This document shows, piece by piece, positions 22,251 through 35,585 of a stretch of 64,000 nt of DNA. Where the stretch lies: assembly GCA_030264375.1 (NCBI GenBank), contig JASCQW010000001.1:103273616-103337615 (forward strand), written 5' to 3'. Within the stretch, counting starts at the first letter, position 1; every line of letters starts with the position of its first letter. Below the pieces are notes generated by a model that was not told the DNA's origin, made no database searches, and saw only the letters and a program-made list of their open reading frames with translations. The DNA comes from Carcharhinus longimanus. Its lineage: Eukaryota. A program made the translations under genes and the position numbers.

Positions 22251-24145
22251 TCAATTTTATCTACAATCTTATTGAATAGTTGAACAAGTCTGAGGGGCTG
22301 AGTGACCTAGTTCTGCCCCATTGTCATATTCTTATGTTCTTCAATCAGAAATTCAGCAATCATTCTGCATGAATTGTCAACCACTTATTTAGATGTCCAG
22401 AAAATCATTGCACAACATTACTCTCTGATAGTTTAAGGATCAATCTCTGACTATAGACTTTTCCCACTCATTTAAAAAGGAACTTTGTTTTAATATCACA
22501 TTTCATTGTTTAGTTATATTTATTATGAAGTGTATAAAATAAAGGGGATATGTGATTTTTGCCAAGTAGTGATGCTAGGCAGCAGTACGCCTGATTAAAT
22601 TCCTGTGTTGACAGCATCTATAGTTTCTTACTCAAGCATGTTGGCTGAAGCTTGATGTAAAAGTACTTTGCTAAATTTCCTTCAAACTCATATCCAGATG
22701 GCAGTAACAACAAAATATTCCAAAATACAGGATTTCTTGTAACTCCCCAGGCAACCTAGATGCCACATAAATCTATTTAAAATTAAAGTTAATTTAATTT
22801 AAATGGTCAACAGTGGCTTTCTGTCAAAGCAGGTTACCTTACAGCACCAATGTCAGCTTGTAAACTTTATATTCCAAGAGATTTATTTTATAAATATTAT
22901 CTGTTAAGGGAGTAATTTAAACCAAGAATGCTGCAAAGGCCCCATCTATCACATAACACATTTGTAAATCTGTTCCTTCTGTTTCTTGTGCATTTGAATA
23001 AAGTAGATTTTAATATTAAATTGATGCATGCACAGCAGGAAGACCATAATTGCAAATATTAAATTATAACAAACTCTCGCTCCATGGGGATGATTTTAAC
23101 CCAATCCACCCAGCAGAAACAGTTGAGTGAGCAGTTAAAATCACATAGAAAATAGGAACAAGAGGGGGCCACTTGGCCATTCGAATCTGCTCTGCCATTC
23201 ATTATGATCATGGCTGATGGTCCAACTCAATAGCCTGATCCTGCTTTCCTCTATATCCTTTGATCACCCAGGTTACTTAACTGCCCTNNNNNNNNNNCTG
23301 CCCTTGATCCATCCACATCTTCTGTGATTTTTACTCAAGCTTTTGGATAGGCAGCTAAGGTGACCATTCCAAACTGAAGTGTTTTTTAAATATGTAGATT
23401 GAGGTTTAGGGGTTTGGTGCTGTCATCAGGCCCTGACTACTGTTCTGAACAAGGCCTAAGCTGGGAATAGGTTGTGGCTTTTGTCTTGAGGCTGAAGAGG
23501 GTAAGTATCTGCCAGGAGCAGGAAAACAACTAAGCAATTATAACTTTTGTTTGTGTGATTAGCCAAAGCAGGATTATTTAGTTCTCCCCAGCCTGAACTC
23601 ACCTATCAGAGGGTGATGGGCCATCTAATTCTCCACACACTAGCAGTTTCTGTCCAGCTCTATTCCAGCTATTTCTAGGCTGCAAGTGGGCCACTGACCC
23701 AGTAACAAGGTTTAGACTTTAACATAACCCATCTTATTAACAGTTTATCAGTGGTTTCAATATACTGACCTTATTGCACACAAGCTAATACTGCATGATG
23801 TCTATAAAGGTGGGGTGTGCACCAAAAAGATGAAAACTTGCTCAATTTACAGGAAATAATATTGTTGGCTGCTACTCTACTGCACACTTTTTTAGAACTG
23901 ATGGAGAGTTTTACAACCACTGACAACTTCACAGCCAATGAAATACTTCTTGAAGTGTAATCATTGTTGCAGTGTAGGAAACACAGCAGCTAATTTGCAC
24001 CAATCTATAAGGGTTTTCATTTTTCCACCNNNNNNNNNNCCTTATCTAAGCTGGATAAATTCTTCAGCAGCAATGCAGAGATTGTAATGTAAATCAAAGA
24101 GATAAGCATTGATCACAGGTTGTAGCTAGAATGCAAGACAATACA

Positions 24146-26740
24146 GAAGCATAGAACGGTTCCAGCACAGAAAGCGACTCTTTGGCCCATTATGTCTTTG
24201 CTCTTACTCTGAAGGAGTAACTCACCACAGGCCAACCCCCTGTCATTTGCACGTAGCCCTGCAATTTTTTTTTCCTTTTTCAGATAATGATCCTATTCTT
24301 TTATCAAAAGATTGAATCTGCCTCCACCACATTCCCAGACAGCGCATTTCAAATCCTAACCACTCACTGCACATAAAAGCCTTTCCTCATATTGCCATTG
24401 CTTCTTTTGACAACTACCTTACATCTGTGCCCACTGGTCCTCAATCTTTCCACCAATAGAAACCACTTCTCCATATCTAGTCTGACCAGAACCATCACAA
24501 TTTTGAACATCTCCATCAAATCTCCTCAACCTTCTCTTTTCCAAAGAGAACAGTCGCAGCTCCTCCAATATTTCTACATAAGTGAAGTTCTTCATCTCTG
24601 GAACCAATCTTTTCTGCACCCTCCCTAATGGCTTCACATCCTTTCTAAAAGTGTTGTGCCCAAATTTGGATGAAAAACTCCAATTGAGGTCAAATCAGTG
24701 TTTTATACAGGTTTAATAGTACTTCCTTGGTTTTGTACTCTGTGCCTCTGTTTATAACAGCTAGGATGTTGTATGCTTTATTAACCTCTTTCTCAACCTG
24801 TCTTACCATCTTTAATGATTATATGCACATATACACCTAGGTCCCGCTGCTCCTGCAGCACCTTTAGATTAGTATGATTTACTTCAGAATGTCTTTCTGT
24901 GTTCTTCATATCAAAATGTATCACTTCACACTGCTCTGCATTAAATTCCATTTGCCATTTGTTCACCCATTCCACCAAACTGTCCACTTTTTTCAAGTTC
25001 TACTCTATCCTTCTCATGGTTCACATTACTTTCAAGCTTGATATCATCTACGATTTTACAATTGTGCTCTGTACACAAAGGTCTAGTCATTAATACATAT
25101 AACAGGAAGAGTAAGGATCCTAACACCAATTTCTGAGGAACTCCACTATAAACCTTCCTTTAGTTTGGAAAACAATCATTCATCACTACTCTTTCTTGTC
25201 ACTCAGCCAATTCCATAGCTATGTTTCAACTGTCCTTTTATTTTATGAGCTCTAACTTAAATCTAATGTGCATCACTTTACTAAATGCCTTCTGGAAGGC
25301 CATGTGCACCACATCAACATCAGTATCCTCATCAACCCTCTCTGTTACCTCATCAAAGAACTCCAGCAAGGTAAACATGATTTGTTCTTAACAAAGCCAT
25401 ACTGGCTTTCATTAATTAACCTGTATTTGCCCAAGTGACTTTCAGTTTTGTTCTGAGTTATCATTTCAAAGCAAAGATTAAACTGACTGGTCTGCATTTG
25501 TTGGACTTATCTTTACACTCTGAAACAAATGAGTAACATTTGAAATTCTCCAGTCCTCTGGCACCACCCCGAGTCTAAAATAGATGAGAAAATTATGATT
25601 GGTGTCTCAGCAATCTCCACTCTCCCTTCATTATCCTTGGATATGTCACATATCCTGATGCCTTATAAACTTTTAAGCATAGGTAGCCTATCTAATACCT
25701 CCTCCCTTTCAATTTCAAACCCTAGGTAGCATCTTCTTCCTTTGTAAAACGAGATGCAAAATATTAATTTAATACCTCAGTCAGGCACCCTGCCCTCATG
25801 TGTCAATCCCCTTTTTGGTTCCTATTCAATCCCACTTCTCCTGTTACCAATCTTTTACTATTTATATGCCTATAGAAGATTTTTGGATTCCATTCCAAGT
25901 CTCTGCTTATACTCTCTCTTTGATTCTTTAATTTGCTTTTTCAATTCCGTTCTCATCCTTCTATATTTGGCCTGGTTCGCAATTGTATTATCTACTAAAT
26001 ATCTTTCATAAGCATGCTTTTTCTATTTCATTTTAATCTCTATTTCTTTCATCATCTAGGGATCTCTGGATTTGTTAGCCCCACCTCTCTCCTTCACATG
26101 ACAATACCTTGACTGTATTTAAACTATCTCTTCCTTAAAGACAGCCCATTCTTCAGATATAGTTTTGCCTGCTAATCAGTGATTCCATTTATCTGGAACA
26201 GATCCATTCTTACTCCACTGAAGTTGGCTTTACCCTAGTTAATTATCCTTACTCTGTATTTTACTTCAGATTTTTATAATCAACCTAAACCTTATGTTAC
26301 CGTGATTACTGTCCCATAAATGTTCTCCTGCTGACACTTAGCTCACCTCATTCCCAAAAACCAGGTCCAACATTGCCTCCTTTCTCATTGGACCTAGAAT
26401 GTTCTGCTGTAGAACATTTTCCGGAACACAGTCTTGGAACTCTTGCTCCTCTCTGCCCTTTATGTTACTTCTATCAAAGTGTATATTTAGTTAATTAAAG
26501 TCCCCATTACAACTACTCTATAATTCTTGCATCTCTGAAAATTCCTTGCAAATCTGTGCCTCATTATAGGCCACACTAAGCAATGCAATTGCAGATTTTT
26601 TGTTGCTTAGCTGTCAACAAATAGATTCTGTCCTTGACCCCTCTGGAGCATTTTCTCTCTCCAGCACTGCATTATTCTCCTTAATCAACACGTTCCACTT
26701 TTCCTTCCTTTATTTCCTCAACATTTTCAAGAAAAATGTC
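24146..26740 (-). mobile_element. Long degenerate CR1 LINE ORF2 (APE + RT)
   Basis: 3' tail at 24146; RT-region peptides LGRVQKR..PEMK...LRLFSLEKRRLR and WVNKWQMEFNAEQCEVIHF; APE motifs VVVMGDFN near 26500 and LDLVF near 26360. Confidence 0.85.
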
Positions 26741-26744
26741 TCAT

Positions 26745-26960
26745 CATCCCACGGCGAGTTTTCTAGCGGTGATGACGGCTCGCTATTGACCACCAGTGGG
26801 ATCTTCCCATCCCACTGATATTGATGATGTTTTCCATGGCTCACTCATCCCATCACTGGAAAGTCCACTGCATGCGTTTTGGGCAGGGGGTGGGTGTGAC
26901 ATTCAGTGGAGGGACCAGAAGATCCCACTACTGGGAAGGTTTGGGGGAAAAAAACTGGTC
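26745..26960. mobile_element. MITE-like inverted-repeat element
   Basis: Internal inverted repeats ccagtgggatcttc / gaagatcccactactgg; related to 48455-48660. Confidence 0.45.
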
Positions 26961-27333
26961 TTAAAGTAAAGTACAAGTCTGAATGTCTGAGTCCAGGACA
27001 CTACATAATTCTGTCACTCCCTTGTTTATAACCCACTAAAGCAGATTTTCTGTGGTCTGTTAAAGTAGGTGTACCTTTGTCTGTACACACAACTACTTGG
27101 GCAAGGAGGGATGCAGCATAATTTTCTAAACATAAATGTCTTTCACTCTTGTTCCTCCCCAAATTCTCCTCCAGAACAGCATACAATACTGAATAACCAA
27201 AGTCAGAATTATGTTCAGCCATATTACACTACAACTAACAATCACCCAAAGGTGATAAATAAGGACAAATTGAAAATACTGTATTATTAATCATAAAGCA
27301 AAAATAAATTTGAAGCGTAGGTTTAGAAGTTAC

Positions 27334-27455
27334 CTTCCATTATTGTAACAGGATTTTCGACCTTTGGACGCAGTATGTTTGGACCAAACACTGTTCCCAG
27401 ATTCTGAACGCTCATTTTGTTTACATCTGAATAAGACTGGACTTCGTCCAGGAAC
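27334..27455 (-). CDS. ARHGAP24: ARHGAP24 RhoGAP-domain exon (122 nt)
   Basis: (R)[40 protein letters not shown](G), with the NKM..NL..VFGP RhoGAP motif. cacag| acceptor and GAAG|gtaact donor; phases 2 and 1 match the neighbours. Confidence 0.96.
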
Positions 27456-28019
27456 CTGTGAAAGATTAATTAATCCATCAGAGTTTTTGAATCAGTGTTA
27501 ACTACTTCCTGCTGCCTGTCACGTGTCGTTTCCTAGACATATTAAAAGTGCCATATGTACGAATGATGTAATACTGCTTTGCATTCTTGATTTACAAGAA
27601 ATGTACAATCTACGCTGTCAAATGTGTGGGATAAATTTCAGCCTCAGATCTAAGCATTGCCCTTGGCCTAAACTGAAGACACAGTGCTGGGGCTAACTTT
27701 CTGCTGAGATCCTCCTGGTTGTTACAGCAGAATGTCAGCAGAAACCTCAGTGAAATGGCCTAAACACTGATACATTTCTCTGGGTTTCTTTCGATATTCT
27801 GCCACAGCAGGAGAACTTCCAGAGACAATCAACTCCTTGTTATTTTCCCAGAATGCTGTTTTCTTAAACAACATTAATTATAAATAACTTTCTGTGACAT
27901 TTCTCATGCTGAATTAAATTAATCTTATGCAAAAGATGGATACGACACATTAAATGTCACTTGGTAGGTATGAATGTATAATGTTTATGGTACCAAACAA
28001 CTAAACTAGAGGTGAAGGT

Positions 28020-29545
28020 GATCTACAACCTTGAAGGAGATAGGTATGGGGGTAGTGCATGCATTGGTGATCATCTTCCAAAATTTTATAGTTTCTGGAA
28101 TGGTTCCTGCAGATTGGAAGGTAGAAAATGTAACTCCACTATTTAAGAAGGAAGGGAAAGAGAAAACAGAAAACAGAGAACTTCAATCTGTTAGCCTTAC
28201 ATCAGTAGTTGTGAAATGCTAGAATCTACTGTAAATGATGCAATTAGTGGACACTTGGATAATAATGATCTGATTTAGGCATAGTCGACATGGATATATG
28301 AATGGGACGTTGATTAACCTGTTCAATTTTTTTGAGGACGTTACTAACCTAATTGATGAAAGGGTGTTGGTAGACATGATAAACCTGGATTTTCAGAATG
28401 TTTTTAATAAAGTCCTCCATGGGCATTTGGTTAGCAAAATTAAAACACATGGAATAGGAGGTAATATTGTGGCACGCATTTAGGATTGGTTAACAGGTAA
28501 AGAACAGAGAGGAGGAATAAACAGGCCATTATCATTTTGGTGGACTGTGATAGTGGGTATCACAGCGATGAGTACTTGGGCTGTTCACAATATATATCAA
28601 TGATTTGGATATGTAGACCAAATGTAATATTTCCAAGTTCATGGATGACCCAAAAGTTGGGGGGGGGGGGTAGTTGGTAATGAATGTTGTGAGGAAGATG
28701 TAAAGCACCTTCAAGAGGATTTGGAGAGACTTAGTGAGTGGTCAACAATATGGCAGGTGGAATATAGTGTGGAAAAATGTAAAGTTATCCACTTTTGTAG
28801 GAGGAACAGATGCATAGAATATTTCTTAAATTTTAAGGATTAGAAAGTGTAGATGTACAAAAGGATCTTGATGTTCTTGTCAATAGGCAACTGAGGGCTA
28901 AGATGCGGGTACAGCCAGCAATAAGGAAGGCTAATGATATGTTAGCCTTTATCACTGGAGTAAAAGAGTAGTGACATTTTGCATCAATTGTATAGAACTT
29001 TGGTTACAGCACATCTGGAGTAGTGTGTGCAGTTTTGGTCCCCTCACCTTAGGAAGAAATTTAGGGGGAGTGCAATGAAGATTCACCAGACTTGTTCCAG
29101 AATGGCAGGATTGTCCTTGAAATAGAAGCTGCCAAAACTGGACAGATATTCTCTAGAATTTTGAAGAACATGAGTTGATCTCATTGAAACCTACAAAATG
29201 CTAAAGGGACAGACAGAGTGGGTACAAGTAAGATGTTTATCTTGGTTAGGAAGTCTAGAACCAGGAGACACAATTTCAAAATAAGGGAGAAGCCACTTAG
29301 AAACGAGATGAGTAGAAATGTCTTTACACAGAGGGTTGTGAATCTTTGGAATTCTCTATCCCAGAGGATTGTGGAAGCTCAGTTATTGAGTATGTTTAAA
29401 GTAAAGATTAATTGATTTCTAAATGCCAATGACTAACAGAATAAGGGGATATTGTGGGGAAAAAAGCGTTGAAGTGGATGGTCAACCATGATGATATTGG
29501 ATGATGGAGTTTGATCGGTTAAATAGCCTACTCCTCTGTTCATAA
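28020..29545 (+). mobile_element. CR1 LINE RT fragment with 3' tail
   Basis: VPADWKVENVTPLFKKEGK, LDFQNVFNKV and NVFTQRVVNLWNSL motifs, with multiple stops. Confidence 0.88.
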
Positions 29546-30588
29546 TATAAATACAATTATGAAAATTATAAAACTTAACTTAATAAATATGATCATTTGT
29601 GACCTGAAACCAAGATTAAAAATAATTGCGCAAGTTGGCAGACCATCATATAAACCCAGCCTATTTACTGATGCCCTTCAGGGAAAGGAACCCATTTCTT
29701 GTATTTATTCTGGCCTTCAGATGATGCCAACTCTTTTGAATTTAAGTAATTGAACTAGATTAAATAAACTGAGGGACAAAGAAAGAAGGGCAACCTCTTC
29801 AAGGGCACTTCCCAAAACAAAAACAAATCACGAATGAAACTTAAAACATTAAATCAAGATGTGATTAGAAGGGTTAATAAACGCATCCCAGTCCTTGTAG
29901 TGCACAACGTGCATGGAAGACCTATCGTGTACAGATGACTCCAGCCTGCACCACTGTGGTTGACTCTTAATCTTATTAAGTGGTCCAATAAATTATTCAG
30001 TTATAAAGACAATTACGATGGCATAGCGGTGAAAGCAAAAATATTTATCACCACCACCAGCTCCTTCTTAAGTGAAATATGGTTTGGCAACATTGACCAG
30101 ATTCTGCAAATAGACCAGATCCTGCAAGTATTAAGAAAATTCTCCTGCGCTAATAGAGCTGCACTTACTTTTCATGGCAACACCCTATTACTTTCTATTA
30201 TATGTTGTAATGTCTTGAATTTCAGAACCACCCTTTTGCACTCAGTCTGTGTAGCACGTTGTGCCCTGCTCCTTGGGTGCCATGATATGGATATTGTGTT
30301 GGTGGTAGCCGTGATTCCTTGGGCTGGCAGACCATGCAGGTTACCTAAATCTACTTAATCATGTGAATTTGCTACCTCATGTAGGCCTGGACCTATGTGT
30401 TAAAAAGATAAACTGGCTTTGCTACCTGACGTGACTGCTTCTAGGATGCTGAGTGGATTGCAGCTGATCCTGGCATCAAATCGCACAAACAGACAATTTT
30501 GGATTCAGTGATGCAATAGTATGGATTCGGTGTTGTGTCAAAAAAGATGTTCAGACAGCAGGGCTGCAATCCTTCCATCAGAGTTTAC

Positions 30589-30662
30589 CTGCAGATGTAC
30601 TTTAACAAGTTGAAGTTGACTGGAGGGAGGGTCTTCACTTGTTTCACTAGTTCTTTCATCCC
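30589..30662 (-). CDS. ARHGAP24: ARHGAP24 RhoGAP-domain exon (74 nt)
   Basis: GMKELVKQVKTLPPVNFNLLKYIC(R). tcttccag| acceptor and TGCAG|gtaaac donor; phases 0 and 2. Confidence 0.95.
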
Positions 30663-32678
30663 CTGGAAGAGATAAAGCAGGCTGTGAAAAAACGTTTAGA
30701 GTGCTCTCAAGCTAGAAATTGTTGGTACCCAGCATTAACCTTGTGCTTTCAAAACTTGGATAACAGCACCTAATGTAGACCAATTTTACAAGCAAGGCAA
30801 CAGTGAGGTCTGTACCTTCTTTTTGTGGATTCCAGTTAAATTCCTGTCAGTGATGCCATGTTCCTTCTGTTTGGTATATCAAAGCTCGCCTTGTTTTTGT
30901 ATATTTGAAAGTCAATGATAGTTTACAAATTACAGAGTCAAACACAGATTGAGAAGCAAGATACAGATCCAAGGAGCAGAGCTCCAGCACCTTTGGAAGC
31001 GTTTACTGGAGAACTTATCCTCAGGATATTAAATAAGTGGATTAGAGTCTCTTACAGATTAGTTTGTAAATAGTGTGTGGAAGGAATAGTCTCCATGAAC
31101 CAAGTAGTAGTTTCTTATTCTGTAGTTTCTCATATTGTTATAATGGTGGCAGGATCGAAGGGGCTGGGGACATGTAGCTATATTCACGATATAAAACTTA
31201 TTGATGAAGTTTAATTGATCACTTTCTGAAGTTTGGTAATTCACTTCTGTCATGGAAGTACTTGAAATTAAATACATTTTAAATCTATTTTTTAATTTGT
31301 TCATGGGATGTGGGCATTAAAGGCATGATAGGCATTATGTGATCTTGGATGAGTGTGAAGATTTTCAAGTATTTCTGTTATATTGGGCCTTTTAGAGAAT
31401 AAACAAAACACTTATGCATGCCAGTTGGCTTTATTGGCTTACTTTTATGATCCAGGCCTGAAACCCAGCAATATCTGGCCAGCACTATTTCTCAACACCA
31501 CTACTGAGATACGTTTGGTGCTGGAAATAGCAGGGTAAATGTTATCTTTATTTGGTTTTATGGATGAAACTATCTATAGATTTATATATGCTCATACATG
31601 TGGAAAATATTGTAATAATAATTAACAAATGGAAAATTAAGGAAGTCCACAGTTTGACAATCAACTGTATTGATCAGAACTTTTTGGTGAGGACAGGCCA
31701 TCTCTGAAGTTTTACACTTTGGCTTTCAAATGATTGACCTAAAGCATTTTCTGTGATATTGAACATTTATAGCATGTACAGCATTGCTATATCTCAGTGT
31801 TGTCCATAGGGATTACTGACCAACTAGACTCTGGCTACAGCCAGTGTTTTAGCCACCTGCACTAATATTCATGGAAATTTTCATTGACATAATGCAGGAA
31901 CATGTACCTAACATGTTTATATCCACTTAGCTAGTATTTACTACAATTCAATTCAAAACCTTGCAGTCTTTCTCTTTAAGGAATGTCTGGGATTCTGCCA
32001 TATATTTGATGCAGTAGAACTTACTGCAACTTCTAGCTTTTTGTCAAGTTCTCCTGGCAATACTTCCTGGGAGTAATTTTAAAATGCCTGCCCCTGCTTT
32101 CCATCCAAAATGCATTCGGATGTAACTTGTCATTTCCCATCACGTGTTCTGTTGGAGGTGCTTGTTATTGACTGATTTTACTTTCTCTTGCTGGCCTGGA
32201 CTAGTTGAACGGAACACGACATCAGCTCCCCTCTCCAGCCGATGATTTGCTTCCAAGGTGCAAAAATTCAGCATTTGTGACTGTGTTATTTTAGAAGCAG
32301 GAACGAAGGAAATAAACATTCACCACAACAAACAAAACACATTTTGTATTTTGTTTTACCACTTTAGCAGAAAATAGACAAAAGCGTTAAAAAGTGCACA
32401 TTCATACACCAAATGAATGTGAACATTAAGATTACTTGCTCAATTCTGATGTCTAATATCATTTTTTAATTTCTGAATCAAAAGTAAAATTAGCTTCATC
32501 TGGATTCCCAATTAGCTACATGTGCTAATAAATAATTTATTTGACAACACGGCTATAGAAGATATATAGTTATATAAGAGGGAGAGAGGATTGTACCTAA
32601 CCAGCTATTTAAATTACTTAATGTAAACATAGGTTCCAATTTATTGCATTTGAGACTAGGTTGGGATAAAATTCTTAC

Positions 32679-32811
32679 ACTTTCCTGTTCTTTGGTGAAG
32701 AGTTTGGCGCACGAGAGGAACTCATCATATTTGGCGTAGGGGATGACGGGCTCTGGCAGCTCCCGCAGATACAGCTTGAGTAATGAGGCCACGGTGTGCA
32801 CATCTGTATTG
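32679..32811 (-). CDS. ARHGAP24: ARHGAP24 RhoGAP-domain exon (133 nt)
   Basis: (S)[44 protein letters not shown], with the canonical [17 protein letters not shown] motif. cttttag| acceptor and AGT|gtaaga donor. Confidence 0.96.
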
Positions 32812-33014
32812 CTAAAAGAGCAAACTAGTGGTCATTGCAAAGCAATCCATAATACCATTTTGCACCATTTGTGGAAGTTGTGAATTTTAAATGTAAAGAA
32901 CCGAGATTACAGATCAGAATCCACAACTTTATTTCCAATGGTTGCATGCTTTGGGTAAACTCGATAAATGCAAGCATGTGTTGTTGACAGGAAACTGCCA
33001 GCAATAACATAGAG

Positions 33015-33712
33015 AAGGACTTGCATTCATGTAACACTTCTCACAACACCAAAGATCTCAAAGCAATTTACAGCCAATGAAACACTTTCTGAAGTGTAGT
33101 CAGTGTTGTAACACAGGAAACACAATCAATTTGATTTGATTTATTATTGTCACATGTATTAACATACAGTGAAAAGTTTTGTTTCTTGCACACTATATAG
33201 ACAAAGCATACCGTTCATAGAGAAGGATATGAGAGCGTGCAAAATGTAATGTTACAATCATAGCTAGGGTGTAGAGAAAGATCAACTTAATGCGAGGTAA
33301 GTCCATTCAAATGTCTGACAGCGGCAGGGAAGAAACTGTTCTTGAGTCAGTTGGTATGTGACCTCAGACTTTTGTATCTTTTTCCTGATGGAAGAAGGTG
33401 AAAGAGAGAATGTGATAATGACCAGATAATCTGTTTGTGTGATGTTGATCGAGGGTTAAATATTGGGCAGAACACTGGGGATAACTCCGCTGATATTCGT
33501 CAAAATAGTGTCTTCGGTGTTTCACATCCACCCAAACAGGCAGATGGGGCTTTGGTTAAAATCTCATCTGAAAGACGACACCTCCAGCAATGCAGCATCC
33601 CCTCAGTATGGCACTGGAGTATCAGTCTTGACTTCTGTAGTCAAGCTCTGAAGTGGAACTTGAATCTAGAAACTCACAGGTGAGAGTAATACCATGAGTC
33701 ATGACTGACACA
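33015..33712 (-). mobile_element. DeuSINE (SacSINE1/AmnSINE-like) split by a Rex1/Babar 3' end
   Basis: Tail at 33015-33125 (ttacagccaatgaaacactttctgaagtgtagtca); Deu domain and head at 33412-33712. Confidence 0.75.
33126..33411 (-). mobile_element. Rex1/Babar LINE 3' end
   Basis: (tttga)n tail; the minus strand encodes LFHLLPSGKRYKSLRSHTN*LKNSFFPAAVRHLNG. Confidence 0.8.
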
Positions 33713-35220
33713 CAATATATGGCAAAATAGCTATCAGCACATTGTGTGCAATTGTCCAGTATGTGCTGGAATTGCTGTACTTCCCCACCTCCAAGATGTG
33801 CGCAGAAAATGATCCCCGGCTTTTGTTTCTATTTTGAACCAAGTCCCGTGACTAGCTACAGTGCTCTCATTTACATAAATGTAACTTCCTGCATTGAGTC
33901 ATTTAAACCTATTGAATGAGTACCAACATAAAATAATTCAACCTATTTAAACACAGCTGATAATTTTTGATTAGTTTATTGCTAAAAATAAACAGTTATT
34001 ATTTTACAATTTCCAGGCATTTGGTGTATACATGAATCTAATCGTCTAGCACTTGTAGCATGTCCATTAATCCAATAATTAGTTTATAGATCTGTCAATG
34101 CCACATCAATCTAGGCTCTTTGGATTTTTTTATAGCTGATTACCCAATGCAGATGATTAAATTGCATTTAAGCAACACTCTGCCACTGCATCAGCTAATT
34201 GAATCATTAACAAGATAAACAATCAACAAAATAGATGATGCTACTCAATAATTCACACAGGGTCACTGACTACTTAACTTACTGGATTGAGACATTTTAA
34301 ACAAGTTATTTTGTTCTTCTTTCTCACACTGAAAACAAATGAAAAGGCAAATAATTGAGTGGCTACAAAGAAATAGTAAAACTGATATCAAAGTGCCAAA
34401 GGCTCCTATCAGAGGTATAATTAAACGGGATAGGGTTAGATTGTCCTGTTCCAGGGTTATTCATACTGGTTTAATGTTGAATGCATTCATTGAGCCATAA
34501 TATAAAGCTGATAACCAAATAGACAAAACCTTTGCGCTGATTCCGAGGTGTAATTGCAGTTCAGAGTTTGTACCCACTACTTGATTACCCACTAATCAAT
34601 CTCTATTCATGGAGAAATAATTTTAGGTTACCTGACAAGAGGCCAATTTTCCTGAGGGTTTGGGAAAACCCAATCAGTGTACTTTTCCACTTTCAGAAAT
34701 GCAGACCTAACTTACATGACTTTGCTGGGATTTTGGCTTTTCACATGGGGGTAGGTTTGCAGTGCATTTTGTGACAATGATGGACTGTGTGAGGACTGAG
34801 TATGGAGGCAGCCTGGTTAGAAACCTTGGCTTTCCAAAACAGCAACATGGCTCCCACCATAATTTAAAGGTCCCCTAAACCTCAATGCTCATCCTCTCAC
34901 CCACTAACCCATCTGACATGCCGCGCCATTCTCCATCAGGTCACCCAAGCCACCCCATTCCCTCTCAGATTTCCCTTGCTACCCCATGCCACATCATGCT
35001 CCCTTATGTTACTTCCAGCTCCCCTTGAATTCTTCATAGCCACTAACCCAATATGCAATAAGTGAAGTCCTGTGGAGCTTTGCAATAGCAATAGGAATTC
35101 TTTTAAAGTCATTGGGAGAAAAACCTCTAACCAGTTATTGAAATGCTGAATTCAAATACAATGTCATTGACAAGGGAAAAAAATAAAACCACTTACCGCA
35201 AAAATACGTAATCTGTTATG

Positions 35221-35585
35221 GGGAGGCAATGGCCTAGAGGTATTATCACTATATTATTAAATGAGAAACTCAGCTAAAGTTCTGGGGACCCAGATTCGAA
35301 TCCCGCCATGGCACTTGGTGGAATTTGAATTCAATAAAAAATATTTGGAATTAAGAATTTACTGATGACTATGAAACCCATTATTGATTCTTGTAAAAAC
35401 CCATCTTGTTCACTAATGTCCTTTAGGAAAGGAAATCTGCAGTCCTTCCCTGGTCTGGCCTACATGTGACTCCAGAACCACAGCAATGTGGTTGGCTCTC
35501 AACTGTCCTCCATGTGAAACTTGGGATGGGCAATAAATGCTGGCCAGTCAGCAATGCCCATGTCCCACGACTGAATTCAAAAAAA
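35221..35585 (+). mobile_element. tRNA-derived SINE sharing its 3' tail with the CR1/L2-group LINE
   Basis: B-box-like gattcgaatcc, then ttcactaatgtcctttagg..tggtctggcctacatgtgactccaga..gggcaataaatgctggcc. Confidence 0.75.

Larger units (their letters stand above)
18765..22340 (+). mobile_element. CR1 LINE (plus) fragmented by nested insertions
   Basis: RT motifs VYLDFQKTFDK (18838) and KFADDTK (19093). The element continues at 19760-20040 and 20155-20272, with its 3' tail at 22255-22340. Confidence 0.75.
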
